Program-made: the position numbers and the translations under genes
Notes under the pieces: generated by a model
Databases searched by the model: none
What the model was told of the DNA's origin: nothing
The model's input: only the letters and a program-made list of their open reading frames with translations
Shown here: piece by piece, positions 20,196 to 30,102 of the stretch
Position numbering within the stretch: the stretch's first letter is position 1
Layout of the letters: each line of letters starts with the position of its first letter
Assembly: GCA_019429125.1 (NCBI GenBank)
Contig: JAHYJO010000001.1
Coordinates: forward strand, 32,001-96,000
Reading direction: 5' to 3'
Source: Nanobdellati archaeon
GTDB lineage: Archaea > EX4484-52 > GLR71
DNA length: 64,000 nt

Positions 20196-21924
20196 CTTTA
20201 TCTAAAAGGTCGTCAAGGTCTATCATGTCGGTTTTACCTAACAGTGTTTCTTCAATTTTTCGTGTTAGTGCGCCAAATTCGTATCTTTTTTCAAATTTCA
20301 TGCCGGCAATATTTTCAATGAGGTCTGTGTCTAATATATCTTTTAATTCTTTGTCGTGTTCAAGTGCTATAAGTCCCATTTCATAGTAGATTGCAAATAT
20401 CTTTAGCATCTCGTATTGCTTATCAAATCTACAGTACATGTCAACTTCGTGGAATGCGCTCTGTTGTAGGAAATTTTCGCGGAACAGTTCTGCAACTTTT
20501 AATAAGAACCGGTCTTTGTCTTCCAAGCCTTCATAACCTACAAGACGGACTATTTTTTCCAGTTCTTTTTCGTTTTGTAGTATTGTCATGAGTAAGTCTC
20601 GTAGTTCTGACCAGTCTTCGTAATTGTCGTCATTTATCTTTTTTAGGTCGTCTGTGTAATGTGAATAGCTTTCAAGCCAGTCAATGGCTGGGTAGTGGCG
20701 CATGTAGGCAAGGTCGCTTCTTAGTGCCCAGAAACAGCGGGTTATACTTTTTGTGGCCTGAACTACAGGTTCTGAAAAGTCACCTCCTGGGGGGGATACT
20801 GTACCCATGATGGTTAGGCTGCCAACGTTATCGTTTAATGTTTTTACAATGCCTGACCGTTCATAGAATGATGTTATTTTAGAGGCAAGGTATGCAGGAT
20901 AACCTTCGTCACCAGGCATTTCTTCAAGCATGCCTGATATTTCTCTGACTGCTTCGGCCCAACGTGATGTTGAGTCAGCAATGAGTAGAACGTTTAAGCC
21001 CATGTCACGGTAATATTCGCCTATTGTTGTTGCAAGGTATATGCTTGAGATTCTGGCTGAGACTGGCATGTTTGAGGTGTTTGCAATTATTATGCTTCTT
21101 TCCATTATGCTTTTTCCGGTTTTAATATCTTTTATTTTCGGGAAGCTTGAGAGGACGTCTGCACATTCGTTGCCACGCTCACCAACAAGTGCCATGATGA
21201 CTATGTCGGCGTCTGCGAATTTGGCTATGGTCTGTGTGGTTATGGTCTTTCCACAACCGAACCCGCCAGGGATTGCGGCACAACCACCTTTTGCGATGGG
21301 AAACATGGTGTCTATTACTCTCTGACCTGTAATTAGCATGTCTTTCGGTGTATATTTTTTCTTGAATGGTCTTTTTGTGTAGACGGGCCAGGTGATCTGC
21401 ATGGTAAGGTCTAATGTCTTGTCTTTGGTTTTTAATGTTCCGAAAATGTCTGTCACTGTGTAATTGCCGTCTTTTATTTTTATTGTGCCATCAGTTGTCG
21501 CAAATATCTTGTGGGTGATGTTGTCTGTCTCTTTTACTTCAGCTATTATGTCGCCTTTGTTTACGGGACCGTCTTTTGTTTTTTTAAGGTTCCATATTGT
21601 TTTTTGGTTTAGTGGGTCTTTTGAAATGCCTTTTTCTATGAATTGGTTCATGTCTTTCAGTGGTCTTTGGAGACCGTCAAATATACTTCCTATTAGTCCC
21701 GGGCCTAAAGTTGCGGTAATCTGTGTGCCTACTGATTTTACAGGGTCACCAATTTTTAGTCCGTCTGTCTCTTCAAATGCCTGGATTATGGCTTTACTAT
21801 TTTCTAGTTTTATGATTTCACCTATCAGTTTCTCGTTTCCTATGAGTACTTTTGAGTTCATCTTTGCGTTTTCAAGGTCTCTTGCTTCAATTATGTGACC
21901 TGCAATCCGTGTTATTTTTCCCAT
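20188..21924 (-). CDS. atpA: A/V-type ATP synthase catalytic subunit A
   Basis: Walker A GGFGCGKT, GERGNE, ADSTSRWAEA, VSPPGGDFSEPV; no intein. Confidence 0.98.
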   Translation of the reverse strand: MGKITRIAGHIIEARDLENAKMNSKVLIGNEKLIGEIIKLENSKAIIQAFEETDGLKIGDPVKSVGTQITATLGPGLIGSIFDGLQRPLKDMNQFIEKGISKDPLNQKTIWNLKKTKDGPVNKGDIIAEVKETDNITHKIFATTDGTIKIKDGNYTVTDIFGTLKTKDKTLDLTMQITWPVYTKRPFKKKYTPKDMLITGQRVIDTMFPIAKGGCAAIPGGFGCGKTITTQTIAKFADADIVIMALVGERGNECADVLSSFPKIKDIKTGKSIMERSIIIANTSNMPVSARISSIYLATTIGEYYRDMGLNVLLIADSTSRWAEAVREISGMLEEMPGDEGYPAYLASKITSFYERSGIVKTLNDNVGSLTIMGTVSPPGGDFSEPVVQATKSITRCFWALRSDLAYMRHYPAIDWLESYSHYTDDLKKINDDNYEDWSELRDLLMTILQNEKELEKIVRLVGYEGLEDKDRFLLKVAELFRENFLQQSAFHEVDMYCRFDKQYEMLKIFAIYYEMGLIALEHDKELKDILDTDLIENIAGMKFEKRYEFGALTRKIEETLLGKTDMIDLDDLLDKGE

Positions 21925-21937
21925 CGGTATTTCCTCA

Positions 21938-22135
21938 TCAATCTAGTTTGATTATAATTTTCCCCTCATCTTCAAGAGTTTCCAGTTCTTCGGTGAATCT
22001 GTCTGCATTAGTCTTGTCTACTATGAATATCTTTTCATCTTTTGCGTCTTTAGGGTTGTCGTAACTGTTTTTAATGCCTGCAAGGTTGAAACCGGTGACG
22101 GTATCTTTAGTGCCTATAATGCATATCATTTCCAA
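21938..22135 (-). CDS. atpF: A/V-type ATP synthase subunit F (short)
   Basis: IIGTKDTVTGFNLAGI signature; lies between C and A. Confidence 0.9.
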   Translation of the reverse strand: MEMICIIGTKDTVTGFNLAGIKNSYDNPKDAKDEKIFIVDKTNADRFTEELETLEDEGKIIIKLD

Positions 22136-22932
22136 ACACTTCTTAAAACGCTCTTTATTAGTTTTGTTTCCATCTCTTTTCTGAACATGAACTCAATGTA
22201 GAGGCCGATGCCGAATGGGTCAGACATTAGTTGCTGTCTTGCGCGGGCTTCAAGAGTTTTTTGTGAGGTATTTTCGTTGTTATCCTTGTTGAAGAGGTAT
22301 GGCTCGGCGCAGTCTTTGCCCAACCTTGATATTGTTTTTTGGTCTATCATTTGTTTGTATGTTTTCACGAAATTTCGGATAGGCTCGGTTGATATCTTTT
22401 CAAGTTCTGCCATGTATCTTTTGTCTAGTGCGTGTTCAAGGTCGGATATTTTTTGTGTCTTTTTATAATTTGTCAAACCTTCCTTATATGCTTGATACCA
22501 GAGGGTGTCTTCAAGGCTATTTTCTAGTGTGTTTAGGTCTTTTAGGGTGTCTGAGATATTGTAGATTGCGCCGTAAGCGGTTAGGTCTTTTTGTATTTGG
22601 GTTATGGGTATGTTTGCGCTTAGGCCACGGATTATCAGTTTCAAGTTTTGGAGATCAAATCTGATTAGGTATCGTTTGAAGTCGTCAGAGTAGCGTTTAG
22701 GTAGAAATCCTGTTACTTTGATTAGGTTTTGTATGAGCGCATTGTTTAGGTTTGCTTCAATTTCTTCTAGGTCAGTTGAGGCAAACATGGATTCGTATGT
22801 TGTGTCTTCAAGGTGTGTGATTAGTTCTTCTTTGGATTTTGCTGTCTGGGTTTCGGTTTTTGTTTCTGGTTTTAAGAGTTTGGAACGTAGGACGCGGACT
22901 CTTGCCGATGCGTATTCAAGGTCAAATATCAT
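22126..22932 (-). CDS. atpC: A/V-type ATP synthase subunit C (d)
   Basis: YASARVRVLRSKLL, L..T.Y, DLQNLKLIIRG, LEHALDKRY. Confidence 0.9.
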   Translation of the reverse strand: MIFDLEYASARVRVLRSKLLKPETKTETQTAKSKEELITHLEDTTYESMFASTDLEEIEANLNNALIQNLIKVTGFLPKRYSDDFKRYLIRFDLQNLKLIIRGLSANIPITQIQKDLTAYGAIYNISDTLKDLNTLENSLEDTLWYQAYKEGLTNYKKTQKISDLEHALDKRYMAELEKISTEPIRNFVKTYKQMIDQKTISRLGKDCAEPYLFNKDNNENTSQKTLEARARQQLMSDPFGIGLYIEFMFRKEMETKLIKSVLRSVWK

Positions 22933-22985
22933 GTGTATCTTAAGAATTAATTGGGGGCGGGTGGTATATATAGGGGGTGTGGTTT

Positions 22986-23044
22986 GGCATTGTTTAAGAT
23001 ATGAGTGATTTTGAATATTTTTTAATATTGTTTGTTTATAAACT
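22986..23044 (+). mobile_element. Degenerate left part of MITE family C
   Basis: ggcattgtttaagatatgagtg...atattgtttgtttataaact aligns with about 62229-62288. Confidence 0.65.
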
Positions 23045-23160
23045 TTTTCAAGGTTCTAAGTTTACTAAAGTAGTATTGAAATAGGGGTATCAAATAGGTA
23101 GATATCTTTATGAGCAATATAAATATTATCATTTATAAGATTAAAATGATAATCAATGGT

Positions 23161-23766
23161 ATGATTAAAGCAATCATATTTGATTTTGATGGTGTTATAC
23201 ATGATACTTTTGAGTTTCATAGGTCTAAATTGAAAGAGTTTACAGGGCATGAGGTATCAGAAAAAAGTTATAGGGATATTCATGACGGTAATTTCTATGA
23301 GCATAAAGGTAATGCGTTTACAAATACTGACTGGGATGGGTATGTTAAGTTTATACATCTTGAACAATCGGCACTGAAGATAAAGGTTGATATTCGGCAA
23401 GTGCTGATTGAATTGAATAAAAAGTATGAACTTTTTATCATATCGTCTGGGTGCGCAAAAAATATTTCTGCTTATCTTGGTAATAATGGTATATCGAAGA
23501 TATTTACTGAGGTTTTAGGTTTTGAGAATCATAGATCTAAAGTTGAGAAGTTCAAGATGTTGTTTGATAAGTATAGACTTTGTCATGATAATTGCATATT
23601 TATAACTGATACGTTGGGCGACATACTGGAAGCCAACAAGGTTGGTGTTGAGACTGTAGCTGTTGATTTTGGGTTCCACTCTAAAGAACGGTTAGAAAAA
23701 GGAAATCCATATAAGATTATTTCTTGTTTCAGGGAGATTATACCTGTTATTGATGCTGGTTTCTGA
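23161..23766 (+). CDS. HAD-family hydrolase (phosphoglycolate-phosphatase-like)
   Basis: Motif I IIFDFDGVIHDT; motif II ISS; K; motif IV FITDTLGDI; FGFH. Confidence 0.93.
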   Translation: MIKAIIFDFDGVIHDTFEFHRSKLKEFTGHEVSEKSYRDIHDGNFYEHKGNAFTNTDWDGYVKFIHLEQSALKIKVDIRQVLIELNKKYELFIISSGCAKNISAYLGNNGISKIFTEVLGFENHRSKVEKFKMLFDKYRLCHDNCIFITDTLGDILEANKVGVETVAVDFGFHSKERLEKGNPYKIISCFREIIPVIDAGF

Positions 23767-23830
23767 AATTTAAACATTTTTCACTAAATAATATCATTTT
23801 TTAAAATTATTCTGTGCTTATTAACTACGT

Positions 23831-24259
23831 ATGGATAAAATATTGAAAAAGTATATGAGTCAGGTTGTGATTGAAAATGCGGGGCCTGATACAACTGATA
23901 ATGATGAGTTGGGTACTGATTATATATGTATGATTTTACGGATTCCTATAGCTATGCTTACTGAATATTAAAAGAATAAAAGAGAGGTTAAAGGTTCTCC
24001 TGATTTGGTAGGATTTTGGAAAGATACGGGATTTTATGAGAAGTTGTGCATTATTGCAGAATGTGATTATAGGTATAATTTTGCAATTGATGCTTTGGAA
24101 TTTTTAGGTGGTGAAGTTAGTGGTAAATATCTTGGGATTTTAAATGATAAAACATTACGTGTGGAAATATGTGAGGAATGGTCTGAGGATTATAGATGTG
24201 CTTACACTTTAGATTCTTATCAAAAAACTTTTGATTATTTTGAAGAAGAGTTGTTTTAA
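23831..24259 (+). pseudogene. Hypothetical protein interrupted by an in-frame TAA (23969-23971)
   Basis: ATG 23831 is in frame with the 24005-24259 ORF; a single stop lies between them. Confidence 0.45.
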
Positions 24260-24462
24260 TTCTAGTTCTGGGCACTTTAAGAACTATATGGTTTCTAAAA
24301 AGGTTGTATAGTCTTTTATGTGCATACATATGGTTAAAAATTTAAAAAAGATTGATTTGCATAATAATTAGAATGTATATTTAAAAGTATTAGATTAGTT
24401 TTGTTCAGCATCAAATATACAGATGCTTAGAACCGATTTATATTTTAAATTATAGATATCAT

Positions 24463-25131
24463 TTAAATTATATCTATTTGATACTTTGCATTTTTATATA
24501 CAATATCTTTGTATGCTATTGCATCTTCTTCTCTTGTGAAATACTGTGGAAAACTATTTATTTTTGGATTAAGATTTATGCCACCTGAATCAAGGCTGAA
24601 TGTCTTATCTTTTTCAGAAGATAATATGTCTAAATCTTTAAGATGTAAAATGATTTGTGTATATAATTTAGAACCTGAGTATTTTTGAGTATCTATTGAA
24701 TCTATAAGTTTCCATTTAACAGTTGCTTCTCCTTTATTAAATATTATAGGTTCTTTAACATCATTATATATTTTTTTGAATTCATCTATGATTGATTGAC
24801 AGCATTTTGTATCTATATCAATTCCACTATAGAAGGGGTTATAAAATGGTGGAGGGGTTTGGGTTTCATATTGTTTGGGTATTGGTATGTTTAGTTCCTG
24901 TTCAAGATATAAAATTATTCTGTTATATAATTCGTTTGGGTCTGTCTGGTCTTTAAGCTCTATAGAATCTATTAGTTTCCAGTCAACAATTGCTTTTCCT
25001 TTATCGAAGGTTATAGGTTCTGTGACATTATCATATATATTTTTGATGTTATCTAATACTGATTTACAACATGTTTTTTGTGTTGAAATTCCGCAGTATA
25101 TACTAATACTGGGCTTATATTTTTGAGGCAT
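24463..25131 (-). CDS. Hypothetical protein with tandem duplicated domain
   Basis: Two copies of Y.GI....CC.S..D..K.IY..V.EPI.F.KG.A.V.WKLIDSI. Confidence 0.75.
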   Translation of the reverse strand: MPQKYKPSISIYCGISTQKTCCKSVLDNIKNIYDNVTEPITFDKGKAIVDWKLIDSIELKDQTDPNELYNRIILYLEQELNIPIPKQYETQTPPPFYNPFYSGIDIDTKCCQSIIDEFKKIYNDVKEPIIFNKGEATVKWKLIDSIDTQKYSGSKLYTQIILHLKDLDILSSEKDKTFSLDSGGINLNPKINSFPQYFTREEDAIAYKDIVYKNAKYQIDII

Positions 25132-25143
25132 ATATTAATTAGA

Positions 25144-25425
25144 TTAATTTAAATATAAAAATGTTTTGTATGTATTTGATTTATTTTTTATATTTTTGCA
25201 ACAGTATTGTTTATGATGTTTGTTGATGCATATAAGATTATTAATGCAACTCATAAGAATACCAAGATAAAGAATGTTTTTTTCTAAGCTCATATCTTTT
25301 TTTAAAAGCAGTAGGAAGTATGCTATGCTGCTACCTATTGCCGGGCCAACTGGGTCGAAGAACAATCCTGCAACAGGTAACAATGCATATAGATAATTGT
25401 ATCTGTTGTTATTTTTATTTATCAT
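25144..25425 (-). CDS. Hypothetical small membrane protein
   Basis: 93 aa with hydrophobic segments; low-complexity C-terminus. Confidence 0.4.
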   Translation of the reverse strand: MINKNNNRYNYLYALLPVAGLFFDPVGPAIGSSIAYFLLLLKKDMSLEKNILYLGILMSCINNLICINKHHKQYCCKNIKNKSNTYKTFLYLN

Positions 25426-25468
25426 ATTGTGTATTTAGGTGATTTGTGTTTATATGTTGTAGAAAATG

Positions 25469-26020
25469 TTAATTGTTGAGCATTTCTGCAATGCGTTTTT
25501 CTAGATTTTCTCGTTTTTTTTCAAGGTGCAGGTCAAAACTTTTGTTGATGTGTACTTTTTTGTCTGTGAATATGAATCCACCTATGATGTCTGTGTGTGT
25601 TGGTTTTATCTTTTTTTTTGTGAGCATGTCTTCAGCTTTCTTGTCACCTTTTTTTATTGATACAGTCATGCCTTTTTTGTAGTTGTCATTGAATGTTTTT
25701 TCAAGAAATGAGTCATAACTTTTAGATGTTATGAATTTTATTATGCTGTCATCTATCAATTTGTCAATCAGTTCTTTTCGTCGTTCCATTATCTTTAGTT
25801 TTTGTTTGAGGCGCGCACGACCAAGCATCTGTTTTTCGGTTGTAAGGATATCTGTTTCAGATTCTTCTTTAATTTTTTGTTCTTCTTTTGCCATACTGGT
25901 TGCAAGGTCAAGCTTTATCAGGTTCAACTTTTCTGTGTTTTGGTGCTGTATCTGGTATATTTTTTCATCTGCTTCTCTTTTTATTTCAGAGAGGAGATCT
26001 TCGGCATGCATAGGAGTCAC
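25469..26020 (-). CDS. atpE: A/V-type ATP synthase subunit E
   Basis: N-terminal coiled coil (LLSEIKREA), IIGGFIF, INKSFD; position in the canonical order. Confidence 0.9.
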   Translation of the reverse strand: MTPMHAEDLLSEIKREADEKIYQIQHQNTEKLNLIKLDLATSMAKEEQKIKEESETDILTTEKQMLGRARLKQKLKIMERRKELIDKLIDDSIIKFITSKSYDSFLEKTFNDNYKKGMTVSIKKGDKKAEDMLTKKKIKPTHTDIIGGFIFTDKKVHINKSFDLHLEKKRENLEKRIAEMLNN

Positions 26021-26148
26021 TATATTATTTGTGGTGTTTTCTGTATATATAGGTTGTATTGGTTATGGTTTTTTTTGATTTGTAGTGGGTGGGAAGTAGT
26101 GAAAAGAATAAGGTTTTTAAAGATTTATATTATATTAATTGATATTGA

Positions 26149-26811
26149 TTGGTGATTGTTTTGAGTGATACTGACGATAAATGGGATAGTTCAGAACTTG
26201 GAGATTATATGCATAATTTAAGTAATATGGTAAACTTTCTGATTAAAGAACATTTAAAGACATATTATCCTCCTGGAGGTTTACAATTTTCAGATTTATC
26301 TATAGATCTAAAGATGGAGCCTAAACCTATTATTCAAAATACATATGAGTCACATCAAAAGAATATTTCTTATGAACAGGTTAAATTGAGTATATATGCA
26401 ATTACTGAATGGTATAATTTATTTACAACAGTACTTGAGGCAGATGATGTTGAGACTATTTATGGCATGATTGGTTTTGATGAGTCGTCAGATTATTCAA
26501 ATCTTGAGAAGGTTGTAGGGACTGATAAGATAACTACATTTGATATGTTTAATTATTTAGACCCTATAGATGTTGAAGAAAGTAAGTATGATGGGTATTT
26601 ATCTGATATGTTTAATCATTCTGATTTAAAAATAGTTGTAGATAGTGATTATTCTGAACCCCATAAGAATTGTATTTGTTTTAATCTTTTTCCACAGGAC
26701 TGTTCAAAAAATATTTTAGTTATTTATCGAGTTGATACATGTGATGTGTTTGTGAATACTAGGGGTTATACTAATCTGAATCCAAATTATATAATTGATA
26801 AGTTTTTCTGA
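26149..26811 (+). CDS. Hypothetical acidic protein
   Basis: 220-aa ORF inserted on the opposite strand between atpK and atpE. Confidence 0.7.
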   Translation: MVIVLSDTDDKWDSSELGDYMHNLSNMVNFLIKEHLKTYYPPGGLQFSDLSIDLKMEPKPIIQNTYESHQKNISYEQVKLSIYAITEWYNLFTTVLEADDVETIYGMIGFDESSDYSNLEKVVGTDKITTFDMFNYLDPIDVEESKYDGYLSDMFNHSDLKIVVDSDYSEPHKNCICFNLFPQDCSKNILVIYRVDTCDVFVNTRGYTNLNPNYIIDKFF

Positions 26812-26824
26812 GGGTTTAAGTTTC

Positions 26825-27064
26825 TCAAACTGTCACCAATCCGAAACCGAATGCTATCAGAATTATTGCAATTGCAAACCCGTAAAGTGCTTGAGTCTCT
26901 GTTAATACAGCCATGGCAATGGATTTCCCAAATAGTTTTTCATTTTCTGCGGTTGCACCAATTGCTGCCGCTACTGCTTTGCCCTGGCCTATGCCTGACC
27001 CGGCAGCGGCAAAACCTACTGCGATTCCTGCGCCAATTGCTATTAGACCAATCTGTTCAAGCAT
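26825..27064 (-). CDS. atpK: ATP synthase c/K subunit (single hairpin, Na+-type Q...ETQxxY site intact)
   Basis: GSGIGQG and VLTETQALYG. Confidence 0.95.
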   Translation of the reverse strand: MLEQIGLIAIGAGIAVGFAAAGSGIGQGKAVAAAIGATAENEKLFGKSIAMAVLTETQALYGFAIAIILIAFGFGLVTV

Positions 27065-27079
27065 TTTTTATCATCTCTA

Positions 27080-27334
27080 TTAAATAATTATGAGGCCGAA
27101 GCCGAAAGCAATCAATATGAAGGCGATTGCAAAACCGTAGAGCGCCTGGGTCTGGACAAGGACCGACATCGCAAGCATCTTTCCGAATGCGTTCTGGTTC
27201 TTGGCTGTCCTCTCTATCGCTTCTCGTGTGGTTGTCCCTTGACCTATGCCTGATCCGGCAGATGCTACACCCACTGCAATTGCAGCGCCAATGGCTATAA
27301 GTCCAAGAGCTGCAAATTGTGTTTCAGCTATCAT
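27080..27334 (-). CDS. atpK: ATP synthase c/K subunit paralogue lacking the ion-binding Glu (E to Q)
   Basis: GSGIGQG and VLVQTQALYG; C-terminal half nearly identical to the neighbouring gene. Confidence 0.92.
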   Translation of the reverse strand: MIAETQFAALGLIAIGAAIAVGVASAGSGIGQGTTTREAIERTAKNQNAFGKMLAMSVLVQTQALYGFAIAFILIAFGFGLIII

Positions 27335-27409
27335 ATAGATTACTACCTGATTATTTTTTGGTGTTATATGTATAAATAAGTTATAACAAAAAGAAAATAA
27401 AAAATATTT

Positions 27410-27787
27410 TTATCTTGCAGTTTCGTCAGATTCCATAAGGCCTAATACATTCCCTTCAGGGTCCCTGAATACGGCCATGTAACCGATGGTCGGGATGGGG
27501 GTCTTGGGCATGAGTATTGTGCCATGGTTATCTTTTATTTTCGTTATGTAGATGTTAATTGAAAAAACCTCAATTGTGTTTCTTGCCAGATTAGCATCTT
27601 TTTCTCTTTTTACTAATCCACCATCTATGCCAGGCATATCTGGATTACCTGTCATGATCTGCCAGTATTCCATAGGGCCTTTCCATTTCTTAAATGTCCA
27701 GCCGAAGACATCTTTATAGAATTTTATGGCTCTTTCTGGTGTCTCTGTATCTATCTCAAAGTGAACAACTCTTGGCATTTTTATCAC
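27410..27787 (-). CDS. VOC/glyoxalase family protein
   Basis: VVHFEI...RAIKFY..VFGW, GIDGG, FRDPEGNVLGL. Confidence 0.95.
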   Translation of the reverse strand: MIKMPRVVHFEIDTETPERAIKFYKDVFGWTFKKWKGPMEYWQIMTGNPDMPGIDGGLVKREKDANLARNTIEVFSINIYITKIKDNHGTILMPKTPIPTIGYMAVFRDPEGNVLGLMESDETAR

Positions 27788-28084
27788 CTTTTATCAAGTT
27801 AATTAAGGTTATAATATATATTATGTAATATATATTCCAACGTATATAAACGTGTATTTATTATCTTGTTTGAAATATAGCAAACTCCGAAAGTAATTTC
27901 GTATTTGTATCAAATATTTATGTTATGGATACCTTTTTTTCAGAAAATTAATTGAAAAACATTGTTGGTTTGCTATAATTTAATCTTATTATTTTGTTAG
28001 TATGTAGGACTAATTGATATGGAGTCTGTTTTTTTTGTAAAGATTAAATGTAATATTTATATTATGTCGTTTTCAAATAAATGT

Positions 28085-28774
28085 ATGCGATATTCAATTG
28101 TGGGTAAAGATTTTGTCATTTGCAGTGATATGGATAAGTTATTGATTGATAGTGGTTTTATCTGTGACAATGATAATCCTGAGGTTGTATTTTCGTGTGG
28201 TGGCGATGGGGCTATACTTGTCTCTGAAAGATTGTATCCTGGAATTCCTAAAGTAACAATTAGATATAGTGACATGGGGCATAAATGCGTATTTGATAAG
28301 GCTGATATTGAAAATGTTATTGAGTGCATAAAAAATAATGATTATAAAATTCGTGAATATATAAAACTTGAAGCTGTCTGTGACGGTGAAAAAGGTGTGG
28401 CATCAAATGAGGTGCAGGTACATAACAAGAGACCCACACGGGCTGTAAGGTTCAATGTCTATGTCAACGGCAAGATTTTATATGATAATGTCGTAGGGGA
28501 TGGTATTGTAATTTCTACTCCTTTCGGGGCGAGCGCATATTACAGGTCTGTTGGTGGCAAACAGTTTGATAAAGGGATTGGTATTGCACTGAACAATCCG
28601 GTCGACAAGAAATCTAGTATGGTTGTTTCAGATTCGTCTGTGATTGAGATTGAGATGTTGCGAGAAGTTGGGCAGGTATTTTGTGACAATCATTGTGAGG
28701 GTATGATGCTTCTTGCGCCGGGTAAAAAGGTATTTATTAAGAAATCTGAGGGGACTGCTAAATTTATTGTTTGA
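28085..28774 (+). CDS. nadK: NAD kinase
   Basis: GGDG, NE, GDGIVISTPFGASAY.S.GG motifs. Confidence 0.9.
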   Translation: MRYSIVGKDFVICSDMDKLLIDSGFICDNDNPEVVFSCGGDGAILVSERLYPGIPKVTIRYSDMGHKCVFDKADIENVIECIKNNDYKIREYIKLEAVCDGEKGVASNEVQVHNKRPTRAVRFNVYVNGKILYDNVVGDGIVISTPFGASAYYRSVGGKQFDKGIGIALNNPVDKKSSMVVSDSSVIEIEMLREVGQVFCDNHCEGMMLLAPGKKVFIKKSEGTAKFIV

Positions 28775-28822
28775 TTTTTAAAGGATTTATTCATTTTTAT
28801 ATTGTTATAGGGTGTTGATTTT

Positions 28823-30010
28823 ATGGCTGAAGATATTTATCAAAGATCGTTGGATGCGCACAAGCGCGCTAAAGGTAAGATTGCAATACTGCCTAAGATG
28901 CCGGTTGCTACAAAAAATGATTTGTCTATAGCTTATACGCCGGGTGTTGCTGAACCTTGCAGGCAGATACATAAAAATTCTGGTTTGGTTTATGATTATA
29001 CATCAAAAGGTAATCTTGTGGCTGTCGTGACAGATGGTAGTGCGGTTTTAGGTCTCGGTAACATTGGGCCATTGGCTGCTCTGCCGGTCATGGAAGGTAA
29101 ATCTATTCTTTTTAAGGCGTTTGGTGACGTTGATGCGATACCAATTTGTCTTGATACACAAGATGTTGATGAGATTGTTAAGACTGTTAAGTTAATCGCG
29201 CCAACATTTGGTGGTATCAATCTTGAGGATATATCTGCACCGCGATGTTTTGAGGTTGAGAGTCAGCTTAAGGCTGAGCTTGATATACCAGTGTTCCATG
29301 ATGATCAGCACGGAACGGCTATTGTTGTACTTGCTGCGCTTATTAATGCGTCAAAGGTTGTGGGTAAAGATATACATAAGATGAATATTGTCATGTCTGG
29401 GGCAGGGGCTGCGGGCATAGCTATAGCTAATATTCTTTTGGATTATAGTATCGGTGACATGATTGTGTGCGATTCTGTGGGTGCAATTTATTTAGGCCGA
29501 AAAGATAATATGAACACTGAGAAGGAAATTTTGGCAAAGATTACGAATCGCGGTCTTAAAGACGGTAAACTTGGTTCTGTAATTTCAGGTGCTGATGTCT
29601 TTATAGGCGTATCAAAACCAGGTGTCCTCACAAAAGAGATGGTTGCAACTATGGCAACTGACGCTATCGTATTTGCTATGGCTAATCCTGTGCCTGAAAT
29701 TATGCCGGATGTTGCAAAAGAAGCAGGCGCAAAAGTTGTGGGCACTGGTCGGTCGGATTTTCCTAATCAGATAAACAATGTATTAGCGTTTCCTGGTATA
29801 TTTCGCGGTGCATTGGACGTGCGCGCAAGCGACATAAATAGTGAGATGAATCTTGCGGCTGCAATGGCTATTGCTGGTCTTGTTGATGATTCAAAGTTAG
29901 ATGCTGAGCATGTTATTCCTTTGGCGACAGATAAGAATGTTGCAAAAGCTGTTGCAAAAGCTGTGTCTGTAGCAGCAAGAAAAAGTGGGGTTGCTCGGGT
30001 TTTGGATTGA
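28823..30010 (+). CDS. NAD(P)-dependent malic enzyme (small prokaryotic type)
   Basis: AYTPGVA, TDGSAVLGLG, NLEDI, FHDDQHGTA, GAGAAG, MANP, GRSDFPNQINN. Confidence 0.97.
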   Translation: MAEDIYQRSLDAHKRAKGKIAILPKMPVATKNDLSIAYTPGVAEPCRQIHKNSGLVYDYTSKGNLVAVVTDGSAVLGLGNIGPLAALPVMEGKSILFKAFGDVDAIPICLDTQDVDEIVKTVKLIAPTFGGINLEDISAPRCFEVESQLKAELDIPVFHDDQHGTAIVVLAALINASKVVGKDIHKMNIVMSGAGAAGIAIANILLDYSIGDMIVCDSVGAIYLGRKDNMNTEKEILAKITNRGLKDGKLGSVISGADVFIGVSKPGVLTKEMVATMATDAIVFAMANPVPEIMPDVAKEAGAKVVGTGRSDFPNQINNVLAFPGIFRGALDVRASDINSEMNLAAAMAIAGLVDDSKLDAEHVIPLATDKNVAKAVAKAVSVAARKSGVARVLD

Positions 30011-30102
30011 TTTGTGGATGATGGTATTTTTTTAGTTTTTTATTCATTTTAAGTTATAATGTGTGGTTTATTTTATATTTTATCTTGTGTAAAATTAGAG
30101 TT

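Noticed and set aside
20188-21924. Intein in ATPase subunit A
   Set aside because: Normal length and a continuous sequence after Walker A
23052-24434. 9-bp inverted repeat ggttctaag/cttagaacc bracketing the HAD region
   Set aside because: Too short, no target-site duplication, and no second copy seen
27064-27082. K' and K as one four-helix proteolipid broken by a sequencing error
   Set aside because: Four in-frame stop codons and a separate RBS-like GAGATGA lie between them
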